A DNA stretch of 64,000 nt from Candidatus Saccharimonadales bacterium (lineage in GTDB: Bacteria > Patescibacteriota > Saccharimonadia > Saccharimonadales > JAXHNE01), in the NCBI GenBank assembly GCA_041600755.1, contig JBFIJL010000001.1, positions 186,896-250,895 on the forward strand, in the 5' to 3' direction. Every line of letters starts with the position of its first letter. The first letter of the stretch is position 1. This document shows, one piece after another, positions 45,184 to 53,978 of this stretch. Under the pieces are notes generated by a model, which did not search any database, had not been told where the DNA came from, and saw only the letters and a list, made by a program, of their open reading frames with translations. The translations under genes and the position numbers were made by a program.

Positions 45184-45995
45184 TATAGATTCTCCGCGAA
45201 GTGAGTTGACTCTCGCTTAAAGTAAAGCACCCCTATGATAAGTATTAGTATGCTTATCGCTAAGGGTATTAGCCTGGCGTAGCTAGAGCTAAAGATCTCG
45301 GCGATAGTCACAGTCTCGCTTGTTACTACTAGATTACGTGCATCTTGAATTGCTTGTGCCATGGGGTTTAGCACCAATACTTTTTGAAAGGTCGGGTTGG
45401 TTATAAGCGTGATTGGGTAAAGGATGGGTGTCACGTAAAATCCAGCCTGAATCACAACCTCCCAAACATAACTTACGTCACGATACTTAACAAACGCTGC
45501 CGACAAAAACAGCGACAAACCTAAGGCCAGTATGTATATCTCCGCTAAAACAAAAGGCAACCACAGTATGTAAAGTGTTAATTCAACCTGGTTCACCGCC
45601 ATAAACACAGCCACAATGACCATATTTAATCCAAGGTTAATGACTGCCGATACACTGCTAGATAACACTATCATCCAGCGCGGGATGCGAATCTTACGAA
45701 TTAAATCGCCCCTGCCAACAACAGAAGCAAGGCTTTGGTTAGTCATGTCTGCAAAAAACTGCCATAAAACGATACCAAGCAGTAAGTAGATCGGATAGTG
45801 TGGCACATTGCCTCCAATCCTAAGAAACTTAGTAAATACAACGTACAGAATCAAAAACATAAGCAAAGGGCGCAGCAGAGACCAAGCGTAGCCAAGTACT
45901 GAACCTTGATAGCGCAGCTTGAAGTCTGTTCGGACAAGCTCCGAAAGCAGTGCTTTGTTTTCTTTTGAAAAAATCTTCTTTATTGTGCTCAACAT
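45183..45995 (-). CDS. ABC-2 polysaccharide export permease (Wzm/TagG)
   Basis: 270 aa, six TMs. N-terminal LVRTDFKLRYQGSVLGYAWSLLRP motif is typical of Wzm/TagG. TAATG overlap with the ATPase. Confidence 0.85.
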   Translation of the reverse strand: MLSTIKKIFSKENKALLSELVRTDFKLRYQGSVLGYAWSLLRPLLMFLILYVVFTKFLRIGGNVPHYPIYLLLGIVLWQFFADMTNQSLASVVGRGDLIRKIRIPRWMIVLSSSVSAVINLGLNMVIVAVFMAVNQVELTLYILWLPFVLAEIYILALGLSLFLSAAFVKYRDVSYVWEVVIQAGFYVTPILYPITLITNPTFQKVLVLNPMAQAIQDARNLVVTSETVTIAEIFSSSYARLIPLAISILILIIGVLYFKRESTHFAENL

Positions 45996-46027
45996 CAGAT
46001 AAGTATTATATGATAGCTAGGTAACTT

Positions 46028-47002
46028 ATGAAACCTAATATTGTTGTAGTAATACCGAACTGGAATGGCGCAGAACATATAGGCGCTTGTTTGGAGTCTC
46101 TTGCAAGTCAATCAACTGCTCATACTGCCGTGGTAGTAGACAATGGGTCTGTCGACAATTCCATAGAAGTTATCGAGAAATCATTCCCTACCGTGCACAT
46201 AGAAAAACTTCCCAAAAACCTAGGTTTTGATGGTGGCGTAAACGTTGGAATTGAATGGGCAAAAACACAGAATGCAGAGCTTATTGGAATCTTCAATAAC
46301 GATGCATTAGCAGACAAAGATTGGCTAAAGCACCTGGTTGCACGCATGGAAAAAGACACCACTACCGGCATCGTGAGTTGCAAACAACTCCGAGATGACA
46401 AAACCCACATAGATAGCACTGGTGATTTTTATTCTATATGGGGGCTTCCTTTTCCACGAGGCAGGAACCACGAAGATACTGGACAATACGATGCCGCAGA
46501 AGAATTATTCTGTGCGCCCGCGGGTGCGACGCTGTACCGAACTGCCCTATTTGATGATATTGGTGCATTCGACGAAACGTTCTTTGCATACTATGAGGAT
46601 GTTGACATTAGCTTTCGAGCTCGACTTGCGGGCTGGAAGATTTGGTATGAACCGAAGGCAGTAGTGTTCCATGAGGTGTCTGCCACAAGTAGCAAACTTG
46701 GCGGCTTTACCCGCTTCCACTCAACAAAAAACTTTCATATATTGTTTTTAAAAAATATGCCAGGAATACTGTTCTGGAAATATTTTCCTTTGGCGGTTTT
46801 GCAAAGTCTTCGCCTAGCACTTGGTTCAATCAGCCACGGTCAGCTACTCACGCACTTCAGAGGCTATTTTGCAGCAGTCAAGCTAATTCCGCATGCACTT
46901 ATAGAAAGAAAGCGCATCCAGCGCAGTAGAAAAGTGAGCATCTCGCAGGTAGACGACTGGCTCTACCACGGCAGACCGCCAAAAATTCCAACTATCGACT
47001 GA
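46028..47002 (+). CDS. glycosyltransferase family 2 (rhamnosyltransferase-like)
   Basis: IVVVIPNWNGAEHIGACLESLASQ...VVDNGSVDNS...FNNDA...GATLYRTALFDDIGAFDETFFAYYEDVD. Confidence 0.85.
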   Translation: MKPNIVVVIPNWNGAEHIGACLESLASQSTAHTAVVVDNGSVDNSIEVIEKSFPTVHIEKLPKNLGFDGGVNVGIEWAKTQNAELIGIFNNDALADKDWLKHLVARMEKDTTTGIVSCKQLRDDKTHIDSTGDFYSIWGLPFPRGRNHEDTGQYDAAEELFCAPAGATLYRTALFDDIGAFDETFFAYYEDVDISFRARLAGWKIWYEPKAVVFHEVSATSSKLGGFTRFHSTKNFHILFLKNMPGILFWKYFPLAVLQSLRLALGSISHGQLLTHFRGYFAAVKLIPHALIERKRIQRSRKVSISQVDDWLYHGRPPKIPTID

Positions 47003-48290
47003 TTTTTACGGGCTTTTTGTTGAGCAATGCCAGGCCGGCGAGGGCCCAGAATGTATAGGCTACGGCTTCGTTTGACCAAATGTGTACCAATAAATTTGTA
47101 AAACTCAGGCCGACCAGGCTCATAACTAAAACCAGAGCCAAGGTGTCGTTTTTTTGCTTTAACAACCTTGCGAAAATTAGACCAATAATAGCCAAGAACA
47201 ACCCTAAACCTATAACTCCAACCTCGTGAGCAATTTGTAGATAGTAGTTTTCGTTCAAGATTACCTGTTCGTCGTTACGAATAGACGCCAGTCCTGCTGT
47301 GCCCGGACCATGCCCAAGCGGCTGCTTTACTGTTCGGTCGATTGACTCTTGCCAAAACCTGCTGCGCAGCTGATTTGGATCCTCCATGACGGTTGATTCG
47401 TCGGCGTGAAACACAACATTTTGCACAAAATACTGATCACGCAACACAAAAAGCAAACCAGAGCCAATCAAAACAAGCATAGCACTGCTAATTGCTGCCA
47501 GCTTTAGAGACCTCTTAGGGATTTTTGAGAATTGTGTAGCCGTAAGTGCAATCAGCGCAACAACAAGTCCAAGCCAAGCACTACGCGAGAACGTAAAGAG
47601 CAGGTTTAGCGCACCAAGAGCAAGTAGTCCGCTATATATTTTACGTAACTCCAGGTTTTTGGTCTTTCCAATAAGTACAATGACTGAACTAATTATAAGT
47701 ATCAGATAGGATCCGTATGAGTTTGGATCACGCAACGTTGCCATAATTCGCTCCAACCCAGGCTTGTTGTCTATAGAGAATGTCGGCAAAACACCGTTTT
47801 CCCTGCTATACCCAAAGAATCCTAGCGCAGAATCGGAAAGTACTAAATACTGAGTCATTCCAAATACCAAAACTAACGCTGCCACCCCCAGGACAATCTG
47901 CAGGCTGCGCTTAATTAGCCAAAACCGCTGATAATACTCACCCAGCAGCCCAGCATACAAAAAAATCATCAAAAACCGGGTGTTATACACAACCCCCAAC
48001 ACCTCGGCGTCTGGATCGGTTGGCATGATAGCAGCTAACAGAACCGTAATGCCCACGTACGCCAGTATGGCTACGGATACCGGCTTTCTTAAGAGACTCC
48101 AGAAGAAGCTACGTGAACTCGAGACACAAGCTAGTAAAAATCCAACCACCAGCACAAAGTCCTTGGCTATTTTTGCTTCTTCCAAAATCCCGAAGTTGCT
48201 GCCAATCCAGGTTGAAAGCAGTATGTGTAGCGGAACATAGGCCAACAGGCCAAAGAAAATATATAAACTAGTTCGTTTTATTGTTTGCAC
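46992..48290 (-). CDS. O-antigen ligase/polymerase family (Wzy_C domain) membrane protein
   Basis: Polytopic. FTFSRSAWLGLVVALIAL motif plus a large loop. No ATG in the first 130 codons; candidate starts are GTG 48290, GTG 48323, TTG 48350. Confidence 0.7.
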   Translation of the reverse strand: MQTIKRTSLYIFFGLLAYVPLHILLSTWIGSNFGILEEAKIAKDFVLVVGFLLACVSSSRSFFWSLLRKPVSVAILAYVGITVLLAAIMPTDPDAEVLGVVYNTRFLMIFLYAGLLGEYYQRFWLIKRSLQIVLGVAALVLVFGMTQYLVLSDSALGFFGYSRENGVLPTFSIDNKPGLERIMATLRDPNSYGSYLILIISSVIVLIGKTKNLELRKIYSGLLALGALNLLFTFSRSAWLGLVVALIALTATQFSKIPKRSLKLAAISSAMLVLIGSGLLFVLRDQYFVQNVVFHADESTVMEDPNQLRSRFWQESIDRTVKQPLGHGPGTAGLASIRNDEQVILNENYYLQIAHEVGVIGLGLFLAIIGLIFARLLKQKNDTLALVLVMSLVGLSFTNLLVHIWSNEAVAYTFWALAGLALLNKKPVKISR

Positions 48291-48308
48291 GCTATAATTG
48301 TACGAGAT

Positions 48309-49421
48309 ATGACGCAAAAACACATTGTTATTGATGCAAGAGGGAGACAATCGAGCAGTGGGCGCTATGTTGACAGACTTTTAGAGCACCTCCAATACAC
48401 CGACACTATTAACCGATACACAGTGCTCTTGAAGGCCGCAGACCCCTGGAAACCTCACTCGAATAATTTCGTGGCTACGGTGTGTGAATTTAAGCAATTT
48501 TCATTTAATCCGCTAGATCAATGGACTTTTGCGCGATATTTAAAGAAACTTGAGCCGGATTTAGTGCATTTTTGGATGACTCCACAGGAACCAGTCATGT
48601 ACCGAGGGGTACGCGTCACAACAACACACGACCTCACCATGTTGCGCTTTGCACGACCAGGCAAATATCCTCGTATTTTGCACGAAATTCGCATGGCCGC
48701 ATACCGCTGGCTCCTTGCAAAAAGCCTAAGGCTCGCAGATGCAATAATCACACCAACCGAGTTTGCTAAGCAAGAAATTACCGACAAATACGGCAACAAG
48801 ATTGGCAACAAGATTACTGTCACGCACGAAGCCAGTGAACCTCCGCTCAAAACAGCAGCAAAACAATTAAAATCTGCCAAAAAACCATTTATCTTTGCTG
48901 TGGGATCTGCATTCCCGCACAAGAATTTAGAGAATTTAATAAAATCTTTTGAGATTGTTAAAACTTCACAACCTGAATTAATGTTGGTATTAGCAGGGAA
49001 GAAGGAACACTATTATGAGCAACTCGAGGAATTTGCTAAGGATTCGCCATTCCGTAGTTCGATTATTTTTGCTGGTTTTGTGTCTGACGCCGAACTAAAG
49101 TGGCTGTATCAGAACGCAACCGCATATGTATTCCCTTCCCTTAGTGAGGGGTTTGGACTTCCAGGGCTCGAAGCTATGGCCCATGGTTGCCCAGTTATCA
49201 GCAGTAACGCTACCTGCCTGCCAGAGGTAAACGGCGACGCAGCTATCTATTTTGACCCAGAAGACATTAACGACATGGCCGATAAAATCATCGAGGTAGT
49301 TTCTGACAAAAAACTACAAGCAGACTTGGTAAAAAAAGGCACCGAGCAGTTAAAAAAATTCTCGTGGCAAAAAATGGCCCAACAAACCCTCGACGTCTAC
49401 AATTCGGTTCTAGAAAAATAA
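48309..49421 (+). CDS. glycosyltransferase family 4 (mannosyl/glucosyl-transferase-like)
   Basis: ATG 48309. [26 protein letters not shown]4 motif. TATAAT at 48293-48298 lies only 10 nt before the ATG, with no SD. Confidence 0.85.
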   Translation: MTQKHIVIDARGRQSSSGRYVDRLLEHLQYTDTINRYTVLLKAADPWKPHSNNFVATVCEFKQFSFNPLDQWTFARYLKKLEPDLVHFWMTPQEPVMYRGVRVTTTHDLTMLRFARPGKYPRILHEIRMAAYRWLLAKSLRLADAIITPTEFAKQEITDKYGNKIGNKITVTHEASEPPLKTAAKQLKSAKKPFIFAVGSAFPHKNLENLIKSFEIVKTSQPELMLVLAGKKEHYYEQLEEFAKDSPFRSSIIFAGFVSDAELKWLYQNATAYVFPSLSEGFGLPGLEAMAHGCPVISSNATCLPEVNGDAAIYFDPEDINDMADKIIEVVSDKKLQADLVKKGTEQLKKFSWQKMAQQTLDVYNSVLEK

Positions 49422-49440
49422 GAAGCTATTGTTCGACTGG

Positions 49441-49490
49441 TCAATATTTAATCCCCTTATTCGCGTCGCGAACCCCCATCTGACACGATA
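49441..49490. repeat. direct repeat copy 1 (3' ends of the paralog pair; partner 49995-50044)
   Basis: 50 nt with 2 mismatches; 41-nt exact run 49445-49485 = 49999-50039. Confidence 0.9.
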
Positions 49491-49944
49491 AATACAATGG
49501 GGGCTGATTAGCAAACTCACAAGCAATAAGATTACGGTATGAGTACTTAAAACCTTCTTTGTTATCAAACTCTCCTCGTTTCTTAAAAACAGACTGAGCA
49601 TTAAGGACAGCTTCTTGATCGCCAAAAATCCTGTTGTCCACCCCTTCAGATTTTGAAACTGAATATTTGCAATAAGAAACGCCACCGCCAAACTTCTCTT
49701 GGGTGGTTGCGCAGCCTGATTTAATTTCGAGATCAAGGCCTGTTGCCTGCTCAATTTGTTCTATGGGGATTGAAAAGTCACGGTTTAGACCACGGAGCGC
49801 TTGGGCGTTGTCCCAATCTTTGTATTTAGTATGAGCTGACGCCGATAATGAAAATATGAGGATAAACAATAGTACCGAAACTAGTTTATGGTGCCTGATC
49901 GCGTTGATCAGCTTGTCGTCAAGTCTTAGTTTGGCTTTTTTCAT
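49441..49944 (-). CDS. small secreted 4-Cys protein, paralog A
   Basis: 167 aa. Signal/anchor LVSVLLFILIFSLSASA, conserved C-terminus SCQMGVRDANKGIKY. Paralogous to 49995..50525. Confidence 0.6.
   Translation of the reverse strand: MKKAKLRLDDKLINAIRHHKLVSVLLFILIFSLSASAHTKYKDWDNAQALRGLNRDFSIPIEQIEQATGLDLEIKSGCATTQEKFGGGVSYCKYSVSKSEGVDNRIFGDQEAVLNAQSVFKKRGEFDNKEGFKYSYRNLIACEFANQPPLYLSCQMGVRDANKGIKY
49774..49926. repeat. direct repeat copy 1 (5' parts of the paralog pair; partner 50322-50474)
   Basis: 153-nt aligned block with about 10 mismatches; 76-nt exact run 49793-49868 = 50341-50416. Confidence 0.9.
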
Positions 49945-49994
49945 GTTTTATTGCTTTCCAAATGTTGATTTTCTTCATAGTCGCTTTTTGTTTT

Positions 49995-50525
49995 TCAGTA
50001 TTTAATCCCCTTATTCGCGTCGCGAACCCCCATCTGACAGGATATGTACAGTCTGGAGTTAGAAAACTCACAAGCACTTATTTTCCTATACTTAAAATTG
50101 ACAACCCTTCCATTACTAGACTCATTGTAACCTGAAAAAAGACTGTTTTTTTGGAGTGTTGTTTTCGCAGTTTTCAATTCAGAATTCGGGACAGATCTAT
50201 CAGAAACTATGTATTGGCAAATGTTGACACCACCACCGAACTTCTCTTGAGTGACTGAACAGTTAGATTTCACCTGTAAATCCAAACCAGTCGCTTGTTC
50301 GATTTGTTCAATGAGAATAGGAAAGTCACGGTTTAGGCCGCGGAGCGCTTGGGCGTTGTCCCAATCTTTGTATTTAGTATGAGCTGACGCCGATAATGAA
50401 AATATGAGGATAAACAGTAGTACAGAAACTAGTTTGTGGCGCCGTATTGCGTTGATCAGCTTGTCGTCAAGTCTGGCTTTTGCTTTTGTTTTGTTGGGTG
50501 ATTTCGGTTTGTTGATTTTTTTCAT
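49995..50525 (-). CDS. small secreted 4-Cys protein, paralog B
   Basis: 176 aa. Same N- and C-terminal blocks as paralog A with a divergent middle. The ATG overlaps the TGA of the upstream SGNH hydrolase gene (ATGA). Confidence 0.6.
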   Translation of the reverse strand: MKKINKPKSPNKTKAKARLDDKLINAIRRHKLVSVLLFILIFSLSASAHTKYKDWDNAQALRGLNRDFPILIEQIEQATGLDLQVKSNCSVTQEKFGGGVNICQYIVSDRSVPNSELKTAKTTLQKNSLFSGYNESSNGRVVNFKYRKISACEFSNSRLYISCQMGVRDANKGIKY

Positions 50526-53470
50526 GTTGGCCTCCTGCGTTTAGTATAGACCAGAGTTATTGCAAGGCCAGTCAAAATTATTGGCACACTTACTATTGTC
50601 ATTAAATCCTTGTTCTCCTTGGCTAAAGTATCAGGTAAAGATTCACCTGCTGTTCGTGCTGCCTGGACCTCTCCTGCACCTGGGTCATCTGGACCAGTCG
50701 TTTGTGAACTTGATTGCTCTGGCGGCTGACTTGCGAGGGTTGTAGTGGTTACTTCAGAGAGTCCAGGTGATGGTGGTACTACAGACACACCTCGAGTTGG
50801 ATTACTAATGGCATTGTTTTGCTCAACTGACTCTTCTGTTGTCAGCAGGGCCACCACTGCATCACAACTATCGTCTATGCCGTCTTTGTCTGCATCTTGC
50901 AGTGCATTTTGGATTAACTTACAAGAGTCACTCACGTCCGGAATGCCATCTCCATCAAAATCAACGGTCGTAACGCCTACAAATAACTGTTGGAAATAGT
51001 TAACTTTAACGCCCTGACTGTCATGACTGTAGAGGTGAATTTCATGATAGCCAGGCTCTAGGTATGGAAGCTGTAGTGTAGAAGTAAATTTACCGAACGT
51101 ATCTACCGTGCCAGAGGTAAGCAGTTGTGGGGTTGAGTGCACCTCAACACGCACGTCTGCTCCTGGATACAGACCGGCCTGCTCTAAAATTAGTTCTCCT
51201 TTAGAACTATCCACCATTTCTGACATCGATACTTTTTCTGCTGCCCCTTCGTTCATGTGCTCAACCGCCTCAACGGCCACATCTCCAAAAAGTTCGCTTG
51301 AAGGGAGCGGAATTGGTTGTTGTTCGCCAGGTGCAGGCATTGCTTTTGTAAGACCATTAGTTTGTTTTAGAATTTCCGCTGAATACTTCACAAACCCTTT
51401 GGGATTTGGGTGGTAGGTTTCGTTTCCAAAACACTTACGAATGCATACACTTCCAACAACTGGCAATGCTACAGTCACATCATTTCCAATACTCACACCG
51501 TTTACTAACAGTTGGTCATCTTGAGCTTGATCGCACAGCTTTCCGCCGTCAAATATATTTGTGACGTCAACATAATACACTCCAGCCTCTTGAGCAGCGG
51601 ATTTGACTATCTCATTCATGTACCTCGTAGCTCCGTCGGCGGTTTTTCTCTCTTGATCACTGAGCAGTACGTTGAACGCACAGAAACCTCCTTCGCTTTG
51701 GATGAATGATGGATAGCCATGTACATATACTCGGGCATCAGGCGCAGCTTGTTTAGTTTGGGAATACAACCTAACTAACCGGTTTCTTTGACTGGCAATC
51801 ATTCGTGCCGTGTTTATAGATGCTTCTGTATTTAGTGTTGCTGGGTCACAATTACCAGGATAAAAACAAGCTTTTAGGAAATCGCCAAACCCAGCGTCAT
51901 TTCCGCCAATTCCAAGTGTTATGACTTCTGGTTTAAACAATCTAGGATTTTCATCGTTTGATGTGTCGCCGGTTAATGCTGAAAATTGTTTAGTGAATCC
52001 GGGTTGCCATTCTGAAATATCTGAAGATTCTAAAAATAAATACTGGTTGTCGGGAATTGAAAAGTCTCTAGCTTGACCTCCTTCAAGTCTATCGCCTAAC
52101 AGCCCGCCAACATTATGTATCTTTGCCCCGCTGCAAGCTACAGAGTGAAATAATCCGTCGGCGGGAGGTGACTCTGTATTTTTATTCAGGTAACCGAGCT
52201 CTAGAGCCATCAAGTACGGATAACTTCGCCGCGATAGATGACAAAGGTTGCGACCCTGAAAGCTGCTCTCATCACCCTGTTCATCGGTTCCAGGTTCGTA
52301 CCATTCGCCTCCTCGGTTATCGCCTTCTCCACTTGAGTAGCTATCGCCCATTGCTAGGTAACCTTGTGCGCCAGACACGTATTCGTCGGCAACTAACTTA
52401 TATTCTTGCCAAGAGTATTTGGGTCTATTAACTCCAGATTCTGGTATCCAAGTACCGCGAGAAAAATGAATACTATCTCCATTTTGACTAAAATACACAC
52501 GAAGAGTTTGCCGCGAGCCGTGCCAAAAATCAGCCGGGTTAAATGCTTTGCTGTTCTGCCATGCAACTTCACAACCTGGATATGACTGACTCGCTTGATA
52601 CCTCGGTTTAATCCATTCGTTTTTTTCGTAGCTTGTTTCGCATGATCTTGTGTCAAAAACAGTAAGTACATTTCCGCTATTCACGGTGGCTATGTACTTT
52701 CCATCATTGCTTACCGCAAAATTTCCAAGTCTCACAGGCTCTGTCTGCCTCCCAACCACTGGCGTATATCGCATAGTTGCGAGGTCGACCAGTCCAATAT
52801 GCTGACTATCACCCCACAATATATACCGCCCGTTTCGTGAAAATACATGCTTTTGAACTTGTACCTTCTCCCCATCAGCATACAAAAACTGTGTACTATT
52901 TCTCTGATCGTATGTATCAGGATTTACAGCGAGCTTTTGGGTATATTGGTCTATCTTTTCCTTGGTCCATGATTGGAGGTTTTTCTCTATGCGAACAGTA
53001 TAGTAGCTCGTGTATCCGTCAGGGCGCTGTAACAGTGCAATATTACTGCCATATGGCGCCGGATCAAACCAGGATGTAGTGCCGGCTCCGATGAGTAATT
53101 CATTAAAGTTCGTAGACTTTGCATAGTAGCGCGTTTCGTAACGTGGCGCACTCCAACTGTCTGTATACTGCAAAGCAAATACGCCATTGCCATTTATCAT
53201 ATGACAAAACTCACCCACCGGTTCAAATGTCCGGTTTGCGAACAAATCCATAACAACGTCGCTTCTGCGGGTATCAAATTTAGTTTTGTTGGTGTTTTTT
53301 AGCTCGCAATCTATGGGTAGCGAGGACTCTTTATCATTAAAAACATTTCCCGTTTCTTCAATGTGGGTTGCACCCTGCCAATGTGATGAACTTGCCTGTG
53401 CATATAGCGGTGATCTGACATACAAAATACAAAAAGAGAGTAAGCTTATGAGTACCACCACACGCTTCAT
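50522..53470 (-). CDS. large surface-anchored SGNH/GDSL hydrolase with N-terminal PD40-like beta-propeller repeats and TSP3-like Ca-binding repeats
   Basis: Signal peptide. PD40-like strings (FSRNGRYILWGD, VSNDGKYIATVNSG). SGNH blocks YLAMGDSYSSGEG, TLGIGGNDAGF, ETYHPNPKGF. VDFDGDGIPDVSDSC...DADKDGIDDSCD repeats. P/S/T linker. C-terminal LPDTL + TM + KRRRPT. Confidence 0.75.
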   Translation of the reverse strand: MKRVVVLISLLSFCILYVRSPLYAQASSSHWQGATHIEETGNVFNDKESSLPIDCELKNTNKTKFDTRRSDVVMDLFANRTFEPVGEFCHMINGNGVFALQYTDSWSAPRYETRYYAKSTNFNELLIGAGTTSWFDPAPYGSNIALLQRPDGYTSYYTVRIEKNLQSWTKEKIDQYTQKLAVNPDTYDQRNSTQFLYADGEKVQVQKHVFSRNGRYILWGDSQHIGLVDLATMRYTPVVGRQTEPVRLGNFAVSNDGKYIATVNSGNVLTVFDTRSCETSYEKNEWIKPRYQASQSYPGCEVAWQNSKAFNPADFWHGSRQTLRVYFSQNGDSIHFSRGTWIPESGVNRPKYSWQEYKLVADEYVSGAQGYLAMGDSYSSGEGDNRGGEWYEPGTDEQGDESSFQGRNLCHLSRRSYPYLMALELGYLNKNTESPPADGLFHSVACSGAKIHNVGGLLGDRLEGGQARDFSIPDNQYLFLESSDISEWQPGFTKQFSALTGDTSNDENPRLFKPEVITLGIGGNDAGFGDFLKACFYPGNCDPATLNTEASINTARMIASQRNRLVRLYSQTKQAAPDARVYVHGYPSFIQSEGGFCAFNVLLSDQERKTADGATRYMNEIVKSAAQEAGVYYVDVTNIFDGGKLCDQAQDDQLLVNGVSIGNDVTVALPVVGSVCIRKCFGNETYHPNPKGFVKYSAEILKQTNGLTKAMPAPGEQQPIPLPSSELFGDVAVEAVEHMNEGAAEKVSMSEMVDSSKGELILEQAGLYPGADVRVEVHSTPQLLTSGTVDTFGKFTSTLQLPYLEPGYHEIHLYSHDSQGVKVNYFQQLFVGVTTVDFDGDGIPDVSDSCKLIQNALQDADKDGIDDSCDAVVALLTTEESVEQNNAISNPTRGVSVVPPSPGLSEVTTTTLASQPPEQSSSQTTGPDDPGAGEVQAARTAGESLPDTLAKENKDLMTIVSVPIILTGLAITLVYTKRRRPT

Positions 53471-53510
53471 AAGCTAAACTATACGCCTGTTTTATAAAAG
53501 TTTCAAAACT

Positions 53511-53978
53511 CTAAGATTTTACAGATAGGACAATGTGACGGTCGCGACCTTCGCCTTCTGAGGCGGTTTGTAGACCCTGAGTATCGGCCAGCTTGTGGAT
53601 TATTCGTCTATCGGCAGCATTCATCGGCTTTAGATGCATCGCCTCACCAGATGACTTTACTTGCTCTATCCACTCTAAGGCGGTCTGCTCGAGTCGTTGT
53701 GCGCGTTGCTTTTTGTACTCCGCAACGTCAACATTCACGCGCGATACAGCAAAATTTTGGTTACGAAGTGCGGTACTGATCATGAATTGCAGTGACCGCA
53801 TAGTGTCGCCACGCTGACCAATCAAAAATCCATTGAGGTGGGTACTTGGTACATGAAGTTCGATTACTTCGTTATCTTCTGTGGTGGCGTACACATCGGT
53901 GTTGAGACCAAAGAAAGACAACAAGTCTTCTAGGTATTTTTTGGCATAAATTATTGCTTCGTCGACTGATTCATTCAC
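53511..53978 (-). CDS. jag: Jag/KhpB-type RNA-binding protein (KH + R3H)
   Basis: 155 aa. R3H motif ADRRIIHKLAD...GEGRDRHIVL. Conserved position after yidC. Confidence 0.85.
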   Translation of the reverse strand: MNESVDEAIIYAKKYLEDLLSFFGLNTDVYATTEDNEVIELHVPSTHLNGFLIGQRGDTMRSLQFMISTALRNQNFAVSRVNVDVAEYKKQRAQRLEQTALEWIEQVKSSGEAMHLKPMNAADRRIIHKLADTQGLQTASEGEGRDRHIVLSVKS

